A stretch of DNA of 64,000 bases from Epiperipatus broadwayi (GCA_028023455.1 JAQFVV010000003.1:8432001-8496000), one strand, 5' to 3'. Shown: positions 26,051 to 39,398, counted from the first letter of the stretch. Made by a program: numbers and translations. The notes: generated by a model not told the origin, from the letters alone.

Positions 26051-27829
26051 TTATCACAAAAAAATTAGTATAGTTAAATAGATATTATTTTAGACAGATT
26101 ATTGTATTCATTGCCATAAGCTATTGCAGAGAGCATTCAATACATAGAAATGATGATAATTAAGAATCTCATCAAGTTGGAAAATAAAGTGAAGATTGGA
26201 AAAAACAAACTTAAACTCTCATGATCTTCTCCAATAATTCTCATAACCAGCAAGATATTGCAAAACTTGGGAAAGTGATGCAGATGTACATAATAAGAGA
26301 AATACACCACACTTTATTCAGTCATAGATCTATCTAGACACCAGAAATCATTGAGATTAATCCAAAAAAATGATGGTGGTCACAGAAATGATTTAACTAT
26401 ATTTGCAAATGCTACACTATTTTTCTATCTTTTCCATCAGTATCTCTTAGCCAACCTAACTTTCTTATCTCTCACAATCTAGTAGTATATATGGAATCTT
26501 ATGAATTAATGCCTATTAAGTGTCTTTTAGGAATTGTCTGTGATACTGAATAATTAATTATTCAACCAGTTAAACAATGAGTGTTTATAAATATCCTTAG
26601 ACACTAACAACCCCCCCCCCCCATTATACCACATATCTCTGACTGCATTACATATTATAATTATCTCACAAGCCAACATGTTCTCTGCATCTATTTAGCT
26701 TTGTCTTCTTTGCTTATTTGTTTCATTTCATTTGGATAGAAATAATTTCATATTTCTTCTTGGTTAGAGATGTACTTTATAGAAAATGTTTAATAAATTA
26801 AGGTCCAAAGGTATAATAAAAATCTTAAATGATTAAAAAGTTAAATTTATAGTAAAGCAAGTAATGATAATAGTCATATTTCTCTGATCTAGGTATCATA
26901 AATAATTTTAAACAAATTTAAGACTGAGTTCAGAATCTTAGGATTCCAAAGTGTTATATAAAAAGATTGCAATCTTACTCCTTTTTTCTTAAAGTAAAGC
27001 ATATAAATACATTGAATAAATATATATATATATATACACATAATAAAGCTAGGTATACAGAAGATTTACTATAGAATGACAAATCTGAATATTTTGTTCT
27101 TAGCATATAAATAAAACAATTGTAAATTAGCCAGATGAAAACAGAAGTGAGACTTAAAATAAAAATATGTAAAATAAAGATATTTAATTAATTAATATAA
27201 GAATACTATATTTGAAAATTAATAAATATCACCTTATAAGATTACAAATTACCATGTATATGCCAGACAGAAAAAAACAACAACCCCCAGTTACTTTGAT
27301 CGTAGCAACATTTCTTGCAGTAAAGATAATGAACTAGAGGTGATAAAATAAATACTATCTACCAGATTATCATAAAGATTTCTTAGCATGCAAAAGTGTG
27401 ATGTATATTTGATATACATATTAAAGTCATATTTCCCTAAAGATCTAATAATTTTAATAACTTAGTAAATAAATGATGGCTATTAAATACATAGCTCAGA
27501 AACATATAATCACATTTATGAAGTAATAAACTCCAAACGCTCATACCATAAAAATAATTTATACTCAGATTTCCTCAATTCATTTATCAAACTTGCAAAT
27601 AATGTCCTTTCTCATTTCAATGCTAATCCATCGTCAGACAAAAAATGATTCTAGATAGTTTGATATATAAACTATTCTTATAGTATGTACATTTGGAGTT
27701 TATAAATTCATAATACCATTCTCTAGAGTATAATTATACATTTATGAAGCATAACTGATTAGACTAATGCTATTTAAATTCTTCACAGAGAATATCTAAA
27801 ATTATGTATATATATATATTGAATGTTTA

Positions 27830-28190
27830 TGTAGAATATGGAGATGTTGACTCTAGAAACGTCCGGATTTACGAGAACGGGAAAAAAGAGAACGGAGAGA
27901 CCAAGATGGCGTAACGTATAGCCACAAGTGGAACCAAATGTTTTATTTTTCATTTGCTGTGAGTAATAGAACTTTTCTTTGAAGAGACTTTAATTATATG
28001 TATACTTTTGATTTTGTTACTGTTTTTCTTTCCGCACATTTTGTTATCTTAAGCATAGACATTTTTTTTTGTATAATAACACATAACGTGTAACTAATAA
28101 ACTAGCTTTGGGAAAGTAAAACTGTCTCCGACTCTTAAGTTGATAAATTGTGATTTCGGCTGAGATCGTTAACTTCCCAAAAACACTACA
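27830..28190 (+). repeat. 5' LTR (361 bp)
   Basis: TGTAGAATA...CACTACA; ~97.5% identical to the 3' LTR (8 substitutions and 1 indel counted by eye). Confidence 0.97.
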
Positions 28191-28192
28191 GA

Positions 28193-28213
28193 TGGCGCAG
28201 TCGTGAACAGGAT
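28193..28213 (+). promoter_or_regulatory. Primer-binding site, probably tRNA-Ser
   Basis: TGGCGCAGTCG begins 2 nt after the LTR. It is complementary to a ...CGACUGCG-CCA tRNA-Ser 3' end (from memory of arthropod tRNA-Ser). Confidence 0.7.
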
Positions 28214-28281
28214 GTTAAATCGGAGATTGTTTTTTTGTGCGTAATTTTGAAAAAAGTGAATACATCAGAATAGAGATAAAA

Positions 28282-31200
28282 ATGTCAGTACCGTCACACG
28301 TATTAAGAGAATTTGAAATAGGAAACCCGGCAGGATGGACCCTCTACGTCAAACAAATAGAAAGATATATGAGATTAAATAAAGTCGAGGATGACGAAAC
28401 GAAAATCTCGACATTGTTGTATTTTGCCGGAATAGACGTAGTTCAGATTGCTAAACAGTTGGCCGAGAACAAAACTCCGGAGCAAATACCGTATAAGCTA
28501 TTAGTTGAAAAACTCACAAATTATTTTCAACCTGCAATTACAAAAAGAGTCGCTCGTTTGAGATTCAGAATGAGAAAACAAAACACACATGAAAGTTATT
28601 CGGAATATAACCTAGGATTGCGGACATTAGCACGAGACTGTGCATTCTCGGACATAGATGACATGCTCCTAGATCAGTTCCTATACGGCATGACGGACCA
28701 CAATCTGAGAAAACAACTACTCAGTGAAACAGAGATTGATTATAACGCAGCAATTGCGAAATGTGTGGCTCACGAGACACTAGTGACTAATGCAAAGGAA
28801 TTTCGAGAGGGAATCCAAGAAAAAAATTATACAACAGATGTACATAAACTAGAACCAATGGAAACACAACCACAGACGTCGAGAGAGTCTTTTAGCTGTT
28901 ATTGTTGTGGTATGAAAGGACACGTGAAAAGGACATGTAAGAATAGAACTTTGAAATGCCGAACATGTGGCATTAAGGGCCATATGGCGATCGTTTGCAG
29001 AAACAGGGATGGAAACCAATACAGAAGTGATAAGAGAATGGAAGTGACAAGGAGGGCAGAAATAAAGAAATGTGAGACAAACCTGAGCAAACAAATAGTG
29101 CTGGATGTCAGAATAATAAATGTAAAAGTAACAATGGAGATAGACAGTGGGACAGGGCTATCCATTCTGTCAATAAAGGATTGGGAAAAAATTAACACCA
29201 TATCCAAGTCGAACCTAAAGTTGGATAAGACTAATGTTATCGCCACTGATGTAAATGAAAACAATGTCCAAATTTGTGGAAAAATTTCGGTCCCAGTGAA
29301 ATTAAATAACAAAAGCAAAATTTTGCCCTTGTACATAGTTAAAAAGAACATAAAACCCTTACTGGGCCGAAACTGGTTCCACCCACTGGGCATATCCATA
29401 CAAGTGATTAAAACTATAAAGTTAGAAAACATAGTGCGACAGAAATTCCCAAGGATATTTGAGGAAAAAATAGGAATACTGAAAATAGACCCAGTAGACA
29501 AAGAACTTACCGATGAAGCCCAACGGGTAGCAAGCAAACCCCGGAAGGTTCAATTTGCACTAAGAGCAAAGGTCGAAGAAAGTCTGTCAGCCCTGGTAAA
29601 GGAAGGAGTGTTGTCGCCAGTGGAAAGTTCACATTGGGCCACTCCAATTGTGATAGTCACAAAGCCAGACAGAAATTTGTGGATTTGTGGGGACTACAGG
29701 TTCACTGTAAATCAATATCTAAAAAAAAGTGTGTATCCAGTCCCGAATGTCACAGAAATAGTGGCATCACTCCAGGAAGCTGCAATTTTCGCTAAGATAG
29801 ATTTGAGGTCAGCTTTTCATCAAATCCCAGTCACAGAGAGGTCAGCAAAAATACTAACTCTCTGTACTCATGTCGGTCTTTTCCAGTGCAATAAGCTACC
29901 ATATGGAATCACGACAGCCCCCAATATATTCCAAGCTAAAATAGATCAAATGACGCAGAATATGGAGGGAGTGATCCCCTACCTGGATGACCTACTGATT
30001 TATGCTAAATCAGAAACCGAACTGAAGGAACACGTGCTTGCCATATGCAACAGATTGGAAAAAGTGGGAATCAGGATAAATACCAGTAAGAGCATTTGGT
30101 CCACGAGAGAAATAAAGTTCCTGGGACATATTATTGATCAAAATAGAAAACGTCCTAATCCCGAGAAGGTCGCCGCGATAAAAAATGCTCCAGTACCAAG
30201 AAATGAAAGACTTACAAGCATTTCTGGGAATGCTAACCTTCTACGAAACCTTTTTGAAGGGAAAGGCACATCAGCTAAAACCCCTTTATGCCTTATTACG
30301 CAAGGGTCAGCGCTGGAAGTGGAAGGCTGAACACCAAACTGTTTTCCAGGCAACTAAGGATTTATTGTCATCTGAAAGTCTGTTAATGCATTACCAAGGT
30401 AATCAAGAAGTTATAGTAACCGCGGACGCTTCGGAATATGGGGTTGGAGCCGTCATATCACACTTGATAAATGGACAAGAACATCCGATAGCCTATGCCT
30501 TCCGTACCCTGTCACTGCGGAAACTAACTATAGCCAGCTGGACAAAGAATCCTCGCTATCATTTTCGCGGTAAAGAAATTTCATCAGTACATCTATGGGC
30601 GAAATTTCACCTTATGCACCGATCATCGCCCACTATTAGGCATATTAGGCAAGACCAAAAAAACACCCGAATATAGCAGCCAGAGAATGCTAAGATGGAT
30701 TAATATACTGGCAGCATACGATTATACACTAGTACACAAGCCGGGAAAGGACATACCTCATGCTGATGCCCTATCGCGTCTACCACTGAAGGCAGATAGA
30801 CCACGTGAATTCGTGGAAGTGAATTTATTGGAAGTGGTGAAATTGGACAATACAGTAAATAGTGCAAAAATAGCGGAGTGGACAGCTAGTGATTCGGGAT
30901 GTTGCCAAATGAGGACTTGGATAAAGGAAGGATGGCCAAGCCACCGTCCTGATTATCTTCATATAGCTATCTGGAATGCCCGTCAAACCCCCTCTACCTG
31001 TAATGGTTGTATCACCAGGACAGATCGTGTATTCGTACCGATGGAAGGTCATGCCCAGGTCTTAAGACCACTCCATACCGGACACCCGGGAATAGTGAGA
31101 ATGAAAGCTTTGTCACGTTCATATGTGTGGTGGCCAGGAATTGACCAAGAGATCGAAGAGATGGTGGGACAGTGCCACAGTTGCCAACCGAGGCAAACCT

Positions 31201-32194
31201 GCCAAGAAAAATACTGAGCTCTTGGATAGAACCAAACAAACCCTGGGAACGGATCCACATTGATTATTCTGGGCCTATAGAGGGACAAATGGTTTTGGTG
31301 GTGGTGGACGCATACAGCAATTGGGTGGAATACCGTTTGGTAAGGTCAGCAAACTCAACATGTACCGAAAGAGCTCTCCAAGAGATGTTTACCACGCATG
31401 GATACCCTGAGATATTGGTATCGGATAATGGAACAAGCTTTACCTCCACCAGTTTTGAAAACTTCCTGACAGAAAGAGGGATATGTCACATTTTTGCACC
31501 GACATACCACCCTGCATCAAATGGTTTGGCAGAGAAGGCAGTCCAGTGTTTAAAAAAGGACCTGAAGAAAACAAGGAAGACCAGGATGGAGGAGGCATTG
31601 CTGGAAATCATGTTCTTCCAACATTTTTTGCCAAGGTCTAAAGATAGTAAATCACCGGCTGAACTGTTATTCAACAGAACGTGTTGCACACACATGTCAA
31701 CCATTTTACCCCAAAAGGAAAGAACTAAGAGAGAACTGGAAGATGATTCCCATAAACATATGAAAAGGTTCAAAAGAAATGATCCAGTCTGGGTGCGTGA
31801 TATACTAAGGAAGAGATGGCTACCCGGAACCATCATAAGTACAAAATCAAGGACAAGTTACCAAATAAGACTAGAGAATGGTCCATCTGTCCATAAACCC
31901 ATAGACCACTTAAGGAGAAGATTTCCGTGTGCTCGAACGGATATCCCAGAAACCGTTGGAAATGCCAGTCAATGGGACATCTTACCTAAAGAAGATAAGG
32001 AAGTATTGCCACAAATAACACAGGAAGAGTTTTGCCAAAATGAACCAGACCAGATGGATAGGGTACTGGAAGTTACGGACCCGATACATGACACTAACAG
32101 TGGGCCAACCCAACAAGATGAAGGAAAACCTGCACCAAGAGTTCACCATGAGTGTAGGCTGCCAGAAAGATTGAAGGACTATGTTCTAGAGTGA
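28282..32194 (+). pseudogene. Gypsy gag-pol with four frameshifts (~30205, ~30515, ~30550, ~31195)
   Basis: Two CCHC knuckles, protease IDSG, RT YLDD, RNase H ADAS, integrase HHCC and D,D,E (IDY/SDNG/AEKAV), C-terminal SH3-like segment. Confidence 0.95.
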
Positions 32195-32201
32195 GGGGAG
32201 G
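32193..32201 (+). promoter_or_regulatory. Polypurine tract
   Basis: GAGGGGAGG immediately before the 3' LTR. Confidence 0.85.
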
Positions 32202-32561
32202 TGTAGAATACGGAGACGTTGACTCTAGAAACGTCCGGTTTTACGAGAATGGGAAAAAAGAGAACGGAGAGACCAAGATGGCGTAACGTATAGCCACACG
32301 TGGAACCAAATGTCTTATTTTTCATTTGCCGTGAGTAATAGAACTTTTCTTTGAAGAGACTTTAATTATATGTATACTTTTGATTTTGTTACTGTTTTTC
32401 TTTCCGCACATTTTGTTATCTTAAGCATAGACATTTTTTTTTGTATAATAACACATAACGTGTAACTAATAAACTAGCTTTGGGAAAGTAAAACTGTCTC
32501 GACTCTTAAGTTGATAAATTGTGATTTCGGCTGAGATCGTTAACTTCCCGAAAACACTACA
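32202..32561 (+). repeat. 3' LTR (360 bp)
   Basis: Direct repeat of 27830-28190. Confidence 0.97.
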
Positions 32562-33049
32562 GTTTAATATTAAAATGACTTTTGAATTTACATTTCACAA
32601 TGCTAAAAATCAGCTACAATGAAATTCCTAAATAACTACAAATTATCTTTCACAAACATTTAGGAAACGAACATAAAAATAAAATTAAAAAAAAACAATA
32701 ATTAAAAAATATTTAAGTTATTAAAAATAATAATACATTACATAGTTGTTGATGTAATAATTTATACAACTTTTATTTCTAAATGAAAAATTAAAGTATT
32801 TTAATTAAAGCAGTCATTTATTTAGATATAGCCTTTTTTCAGATATTTTGTTTTAAAAACATTAAATAATTTCAATTTTTTAAATTGATTTGTGAAAGAT
32901 TATAATAAACACCATTCTCTTTTTTTTTTTTTTTACAATAAAATACTTAATTCTTATTAATAGACTTGTTAGAATTAAGAACTAATTAGATATCTATTCA
33001 TTATCATTTTTAAGCAATTATTGATAAATTTTCATTATTTTATTTTTAC

Positions 33050-33176
33050 CTTGCAATTCAGGTTTTGAGACAATGTCTATAATACTGAGACGATTTGGCC
33101 TAGGAGTAGCAGATTTTATACTTGTGGGAAATGAATATCTACGAGTATGGCTGATTTTATAAAGAGGGTTTAACAT
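33050..33176 (-). CDS. Coding exon (127 nt, phase 0-1) that splices in frame onto 22583-23116
   Basis: Acceptor T(n)GTAG|ATG, frame MLNPLYKISHTRRYSFPTSIKSATPRPNRLSIIDIVSKPELQ, donor CAAG|GTAAAA. The leftover G plus AT of the next exon gives Asp. Confidence 0.78.
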
Positions 33177-33431
33177 CTACAAAAAAAAAAAAAAAATCAA
33201 TATTTAAAAATATCTAGGAAAGAGTATAAGAGATTTGTTGGTTTTTAGAATTAAAATCAACAATATTTTCTACCGTCCTAAAACTTCTCTTAAGAAAATC
33301 GAATTTATATAAGCATTTTACAAACTATTTTTTTTCTCTTTCAAAATTAATTTTAATGTTTATAAACACACACACACACACACACCTGTACAATTTATTT
33401 TTCTTTACAAACAAGTATCTATTAATAATTC

Positions 33432-33540
33432 TTATTAAACTATCTCTTAAAATCTTATATTATTTTTTTCAGATACATAAATAACTTATTAAACTATCTC
33501 TTAAAATTTTATATTATTTTTTTCAGATACATAAATAAAG
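33432..33540. repeat. ~54 bp tandem duplication
   Basis: TTATTAAACTATCTCTTAAAAT...CAGATACATAAATAA occurs twice. Confidence 0.8.
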
Positions 33541-35504
33541 TTATAAAAATGGGATGCCAAAATTGTAATGGGATACTACACACATACGCGCGCGTGTGTG
33601 TATATATATTCTATTTTGATATATTTAAAGCATCCACTATACCATCCATTTTTGAAAGACATGAAGTGAGACATTTGAAAAAACAAATACTATGAAAGAC
33701 TTGTTATGTAATGATTAAATATCCACCTGTCATACCCATAATCTCAAATTCAAATCCAAGCCAAGTAAAACTTGGAAATTTTTTTCAGATCCCAAAGTGG
33801 CTGTAGATTTTTCAGAAAGGTGTATCATAGGTAATTTAATTAGAGATCCAATATTGATCAGTAAGTGGAAAATCTAATAATTTTTAATAAAAGGACAAAA
33901 GATCACTAAATCTCTTATCACCAATAAATGGCAAGAATGACAGACAATATCTTTTTGTTCATTATTTCTCTTTAGAGAAGGACTATGGAGAGGCCTTTAT
34001 TCTGCTATAGCTATTTAAAAACTATTTTATCCTTATACCTATATATTCTAATACAAATATACAATAATATTAAAAATATATTATGACTAACAATTATGCA
34101 GAATTCACAATAGAAAATTAAGTATTCAAAAGTTAAGATCATTATACAAAAATGCAATAAAACAGATGACAAAAAATAAATAAAAATCAAGATAAAACTG
34201 AATTCATTGTTTTTGATCGTTAATATAAAAAATATATCAGAAAACAGCATCAATATTTAGCAGATATTGCTATTATCAATAGGAAAGTTTATAAATTATA
34301 ACATACTCTATGCATTCGAAACATTTTTTTTAAAGAAATAGATGAATTTGGTTATATTTATAATAAAAAAAACACAATAAAAACAAGACCACTGAAGAAC
34401 TCTTTCTGAGCCCTAGTGATATATAAAAATGACCAACATAATTTTGTTTTGTTTTTTAAAAAATTGTTCTACATTTTTAATATTTTTAATACTCATAATA
34501 TTACTTTCAAAATCAATGAGTCCTTTTTTTTAGTGGACTAAAGAAACATTTGACTCCTTTGACTCATGGTACTTTACCCCACAATATTTTTTTAAAATTG
34601 TGTGACCTTATTATTTATAATATTTCGATAATTTGTAGATAATGTTCAATAACAATTAAATTTAAAAATCAGTCAAAACAACAGCAACAACTGAAGATGA
34701 TCAACAAGTTTGACTAAATTATTGCATGACTAAATAAAACTGTTAAAATAATAATTGGGATTTAATAAAAAAATATTTTGTCCATATACATATGTAATTC
34801 AACTATTGCTTTTTTTTACTCTTTAAAACAGAAAGTGTTGTTTTTTCATTTATTTTATTATTTTACTCTTTAGTTATTATTTAATTACCTATTTAAGAAT
34901 TAACTAATAATACAAATTTTACTTTTATTTCTTACTTTAAAATTTTAACATTTATATATTTTGATGTTTATTAACATTTATATATGATAAAATAATTAGA
35001 TGATTTTACAAATATCTTGAAATTACTTAAAAACAGATCAAAAACATATTATTAAAACATCCATCCTTTGTATCTTGGTTTTATGATTCATGAGCAGATA
35101 GTAGTAATTAGTAATGGCAAATTTGGGATATAAGAATCTCAAGTTTACATTAAAAATGAGAGTAGTTCATAGAAACTCAATGTTTATTAGCACTTATATT
35201 TTACAATCTTTATATCAATAGTTAATATCACACCTGATGAATGCCAAAGCTAAGCTTACATCAGAATGCTACACTTCTCCCCTGAAATGCAATGGTATTT
35301 AAACATTCAGTTTTTAAAGGTCCAAATAAAGTGACAATCCAAACATGAATACAGTTTATAATGAACTTTCCATTCCTAAGATTAAAAACCAATAACTTTC
35401 TACCTAATTATGTTAAAAATGTTGTATTGTTTTTACTTTATCATATGATGCAGTTATTCTAAAAAAGTAGATCAATATAACTTGTTTCCACGATTAAAGT
35501 TATG

Positions 35505-35583
35505 AACAAAAGCAAAACTCTCCATACAGTAGTTTTGCTTTTGTTTACAACAATTATGTGCTAGTATGAGATGGTGATCATGT
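35505..35583 (+). mobile_element. 79-bp family-C mini-insertion with 13-bp TSD
   Basis: GATTAAAGTTATG at 35492-35504 and 35584-35596. The insert matches family C (GCAAAACTCTCCATACA; GGTGATCATGT) and has a 15-bp internal foldback. Confidence 0.7.
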
Positions 35584-36253
35584 GATTAAAGTTATGCCTA
35601 GAAAGATGTAAAAAGCTCATTGTGGTATGCGCATCTTTTCTTTGGTATCATTTTCATGATTGATTGCACATAATAAAAATATATTTCTAAAAAATTGTTT
35701 AAGAGTTTTGCAGCATGCATATATAAAAATTTAAACATTTTTTAAAAGAAATATTTTAAATATATTGTATAATCTGTCATGAAAACAATGCAAGGAGAAA
35801 TAGTGAGCTTCTTACATCGTTCAGAATATGATCTGAGTAATGGAAACAGGTTATAATGGTTTCCTTTCTCAGAACAACATCATATGGTGAAACAGAATAG
35901 TATAACATTCTTAATATAGTTATATACAAAGTCATTGCTTTTCTGATCTTATCAAGGTTATTAAAAGTGAGACTTAATCTCCAAACTTGCATAATGGAAT
36001 ATTAGTTTAAAATTAATATCTTTTTTTCATGTGGGTGATATATTGAATTCATTTTGAATTTCCCAAATGTTGGCAAGGACAAACTTATAAACATCAAAAG
36101 CTTAAAAAATAGGTGAATACATTCTTATTCTTGATCCTTTATTAACAGTGATATTTATTCATAGCTTGAGGGAAGAATGATAACACATCATCATATACAT
36201 ATATATAATAAATTATGTGATTAAGGGAATTATATTTTATAATATTATAAATA

Positions 36254-37139
36254 TGAGGGAATACCCAAAAATAATCAGAATCGTTATCTGATTTGCGTGC
36301 CTGTTGTAATATTTGCTTCTGCTGTTACATACTTTTTCCAGGAACCCTTCTACATCAATCTACCAAATGACATCACCATGTAAAACTGGTGCTATGTAGT
36401 AAATTTTTTTGTAAAGTGTGTTTCGCATACTTGCCAATTTTTATAATGACTGAAAAGTTCTAACAATGTGAAATTCTGTTTTTGTTTAAAGAAAACCGCA
36501 GGAAAAACAGTTCTAATGCTTGAAACAGACAACATATATGCAAGCTGATAATTATAAAAACATAAGTTTATAAGGGGCTTCATTAAAATATTAAATTCAC
36601 TACATCCCTAAAAAGCATGACAAGTATAGTCCAAAGTCAGAACAACATCTGATGCAAATGGTATTTTTCTCTCAAATTTAGTTTGTAATAATCAGTCATT
36701 TTGTATGCACGTTCTGAAACATTTAGGTAAAATGTAAACATCCCATTTTGTGGCAAAGAGAAGAATGCAAGCTTTATCCCGACAAAGTGATAAAGCCTCG
36801 AGTGTGAAATACTTTTTAATTAAATTCAGCATGACCCAGCTTATCTGTCAATTATATTCACTTGATCTAGCTTCATGTGATTTTTTTTAATCTCTCAAAA
36901 AAAAAAATATCTCAATTTTTTTTTTTGCAGACTTAGAAGTGTTGGAAAAAACTACCACAGGCATGAAAAGACATCACTTTGTAAATGTTTCCGGACTACT
37001 TTGAAAAATGAAAAATATGTTTAGACTGGTATATTGCATCAAATGGATTGTAATTTGAAAAAGATTAAATTTATAACATGTAAAAATAAATAACAATTTT
37101 TTTATTATAAAATTCCAGTTACTTTTGGGTATTTCCTTA
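36254..37139 (+). mobile_element. Internally deleted mariner-like transposon
   Basis: ~28-bp imperfect TIRs with flanking TA. Decayed YSPDLAPCDF-like and WYIASNG..FE-like segments. Confidence 0.8.
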
Positions 37140-38590
37140 TAAAGGCACTTAAGTGCTCTCTATTATCCCATTATTTAACTAAGATATAAGATGTTATATA
37201 ATAGCCAAATTCTGAATAAACATTTAATACAAATAATTGTTTTATCTTTCTCATTTTTGAAATAAAGCAAGTAAGATTTACTTAATTTAAATAACATTCA
37301 AGATTATTTTGGGGTTCGGGTCAGTTACTGAAAGGAATTCTTCTTAAATTATTCCTGTAAATCTTGTATGTCCATAGTTCACAAATCAGAATTTATCTAT
37401 TTCTATAAGCATCTTATATCTTACATAAATAATGCGTTTTTATAGAATGTTTAAATGCATTCATTCATAAAATATAATAGTGTATATATAGGATGAATAA
37501 ACCAAAAGGAACCCATTACATTAGCATTAAATTCCAATGTAACAATTTTTGTCTTTTACTACAAGATAACTCCAAGTAGAAGGAAATCATAATTTATAAA
37601 TAGTTGAAATGTTTTGTAACTCAATGAGAAGAAATATCATTTTTTGGTCAGCTTAAAAAATCACAGTTAGTACCCAATTAGCTGGACCAATAGTGTCCAA
37701 AACTGAGTTACTGAATGTTAAAAGATCAGTAACTTCAAAGCTGATAAAAGCATCCATAAAAGATTTAAAAACAATACTTTTCAACAAAACAAGTGGTAAA
37801 AAGAAATGCTTATTTAGAAAAAACAAACAAACATTGTAAAACAATTTTCTTCTTCCTTTTATTATGTATTGATTTCTGTATTTACATATAACATTTCCAA
37901 CTTTTTAACAATACTATTTTTTCTATCACAGTTGAAACTGTAAGAATAAAGTCGTGATAGAAAAAGTAGTATTGTTAAAGTGTATAAGAAAGTTGGAAAT
38001 GGCATAATATGTAAACATTGTAAAAGTTGTAATCAAAAAATACAAATTCATAGAGAAATAAATTAATAAAGATGTGAACAATCTGCTGTAGATTTCAACA
38101 ATAAGGATAAGGTACCTGTTCAAAGTCACTAGTTTGTCATGAAAATCGTCAATGAAAGAAATAGTTTAAAGATGAGGAAGACTTTCTATATGTAGAATAG
38201 AAATTTTAAATTATTTAATATTGGAAGATAATAAATATAAATTAAAAAAAATAACAAATGATAAAACTATGAGATAATTGTAGTGAAAGAGATGAAAAAC
38301 AAAAAAATTAAAAATAAAATAGATATCTCATATACCATCCAGAAATTTGTAAATTTTATGAATAATGACTCTCTTTCATTATTCCGCTTTGAAGAAATTG
38401 TTGGGGAAGTCTTGCAATAAACTATTAAAGACTGATATATTTTATCTTTTACAGAAAATAAAAAGAATTTTTGAAAAATAAAATTGAAAAGAGAAGTGGA
38501 AAAAAAGAGAACCTAGTTAAACAGAAATAATATATATATATGTTATATAATGAGCTTGCCAGTAGCTCTTATCAAGCTTTTAAGAAAATC

Positions 38591-38641
38591 CCTATCCTCA
38601 GACCAGTTTCTAGCTCTGGCTATCATCAATGAGGTGCTAGG
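38591..38641 (-). ncRNA. Hammerhead ribozyme, copy A1 (C3U substitution)
   Basis: CCTCA-TTGATGA-TAGC.CAGA.GCTA-GAAA-CTGG-TC-TGAGG. Stem I is extended by CCTA/TAGG across an internal loop. Confidence 0.75.
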
Positions 38642-38960
38642 ATACTTCAGCATTATATTTAAAATATTAATCAAGCCCAGCAATTTATCTAATGTTTAAC
38701 TATTAAGGAGAAAATCTGAAATTTTCAGACATCCATATATCTACAAATCCAGCTATCTAACTTAAATACCCATATGGGATTGAACCAAGTTCAGATACAC
38801 CATATATTAATAGCTTTAGCAATATAAAATCACCAAAGCCTTAAGAGCAAAAATAATTGTAAGGAAATCAAGTCATATATCATATGATCTAATTTTATAA
38901 GCTTATATTACAAATGTTATATAATGAGCTTGCCAATAGCTCTTAACAAGCTTTTCAGAA

Positions 38961-39011
38961 CCTATTCTCAGACTATTTTCTAGCTCTGGCTGTCATCAGT
39001 GAGGTACTAGG
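38961..39011 (-). ncRNA. Hammerhead ribozyme, copy A2 (core intact, mismatches in stems II and III)
   Basis: CCTCA-CTGATGA-CAGC.CAGA.GCTA-GAAA-ATAG-TC-TGAGA. Confidence 0.75.
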
Positions 39012-39359
39012 ATATTCAAGCATTAGATTTAAAATCCCAGGTCAAAAACAGTATTTTATCTAATTTTTAACTATTAGGTAGAAAATCTAAAATTTTCAGA
39101 CATCCATATATCTTCAAATCCAGCCATCTTTTTTAAATAGCCATATGGATCTGAACCAAGTTCAGATACATCATATATTAAAGTTTTAACAATATAAAAT
39201 TGCCAAGGGTTCAGTCCCATATGGCTATATAAGTTAGATAGCTGGATTTGAAGACATATGGATGTCTGAAAATTTCAGATTTTCTACTTAATAGTTAAAC
39301 ATTAGATAAAGTGCTGGGCTTGACCTATATTTTAAATCCAATGCTGGAATATCGTAGTG

Positions 39360-39398
39360 CCTTACAGATAACAGCCAGAACTAAAAACCGGTTTGAGA
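39360..39398 (+). ncRNA. Degenerate hammerhead, copy A3 (probably inactive)
   Basis: CCTTA-CAGATAA-CAGC.CAGA.ACTA-AAAA-CCGG-TT-TGAGA, at the homologous position in the inverted copy. Confidence 0.55.

Larger units (their letters stand above)
27830..32561 (+). mobile_element. Full-length Ty3/Gypsy LTR retrotransposon (Mag/K02A2.6-like), 4732 bp
   Basis: TG...CA LTRs, 5-bp TSD GTTTA (27825-27829, 32562-32566), PBS, PPT and gag-PR-RT-RH-IN order. Confidence 0.97.
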
